Shown one piece after another: positions 32,460-32,544 of a stretch of DNA of 32,544 nt; within the stretch, counting starts at the first letter, position 1; every line of letters starts with the position of its first letter. The notes under the pieces were generated by a model, which saw nothing but the letters and a program-made list of their open reading frames with translations, was not told where the DNA came from and made no database searches. Made by a program: the position numbers and the translations under genes. Where the stretch lies: IMG/VR virus record IMGVR_UViG_3300048599_000816, positions 1 through 32,544 of that record. One strand, 5' to 3'. This DNA is from a virus.

Positions 32460-32544
32460 TTATATTGGGTTAAGAATACCTTGTTCATGAAGTGTTGCGA
32501 TCTCTTCTTGAAGAGCCATCATGTCTAATATTTCATCAGCAATT
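32460..32544 (-). CDS. 3' end of a gene whose start lies beyond the window (..IADEILDMMALQEEIATLHEQGILNPI*)
   Basis: Open frame running into window edge on minus strand; hand translation. Confidence 0.4.
   Translation of the reverse strand, partial: IADEILDMMALQEEIATLHEQGILNPI

Overview
AT-rich window (GC roughly mid-30s % by eye) that reads like an early/accessory block of a large phage, less likely another mobile element. About 65 mostly small genes are packed on the minus strand between about 2.0 kb and 32.5 kb, each with a strong AAGGAGAGA-type Shine-Dalgarno. Three genes at the left end (1..1696) and one at 16897..17307 are on the plus strand.

The dominant signal is a conserved ~45-bp gene-proximal motif present in about 38 copies, always in the orientation of the gene it precedes. 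Read in gene orientation it is (T/A)TGG(C/T)A, then 16-17 nt, then (C)ACGATATAGTTACTATCAAC, then about 6 nt, then AAGGAGAGA and ATG. It is frequently immediately preceded by a hairpin plus T-tract terminator. Nearly every gene therefore looks like its own terminator-promoter-RBS-gene unit, and the motif does not fit sigma70, sigma54 or Bacteroidetes spacing.

Recognisable content, assigned from short motifs only:
- A colinear minus-strand cluster (12628..16812) of two paralogous gamma-class N6-adenine methyltransferase-like proteins with complementary motif sets, an SF2 DEAH helicase and an Mrr-like PD-(D/E)xK nuclease.
- A 724-aa GHKL/Hsp90-like ATPase.
- A GIY-YIG/NUMOD3 homing endonuclease whose RBS sits inside a perfect hairpin and whose 3' end overlaps a motif copy.
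- A J-domain protein with HTD in place of HPD.
- Two SWIM zinc-finger proteins.
- A lipoprotein with a discoidin-like domain.
- A DUF932-like protein.
- Two HTH regulators: a sigma70 region-4-like protein, and a Zn-ribbon plus HTH protein.

Several GC-rich non-coding islands interrupt the AT-rich background: 1697-2047, 3590-3735, 6000-6130 and 6390-7260. They carry shared cores, iterons, nested hairpins and strong strand skew. There are also two copies of a ~75-bp element that sits directly after a stop codon and contains a terminator hairpin.

No rRNA, tRNA or CRISPR array is supportable. All identifications come from motifs read by eye. Coordinates I derived myself, rather than took from the ORF track, may be off by a few nt.
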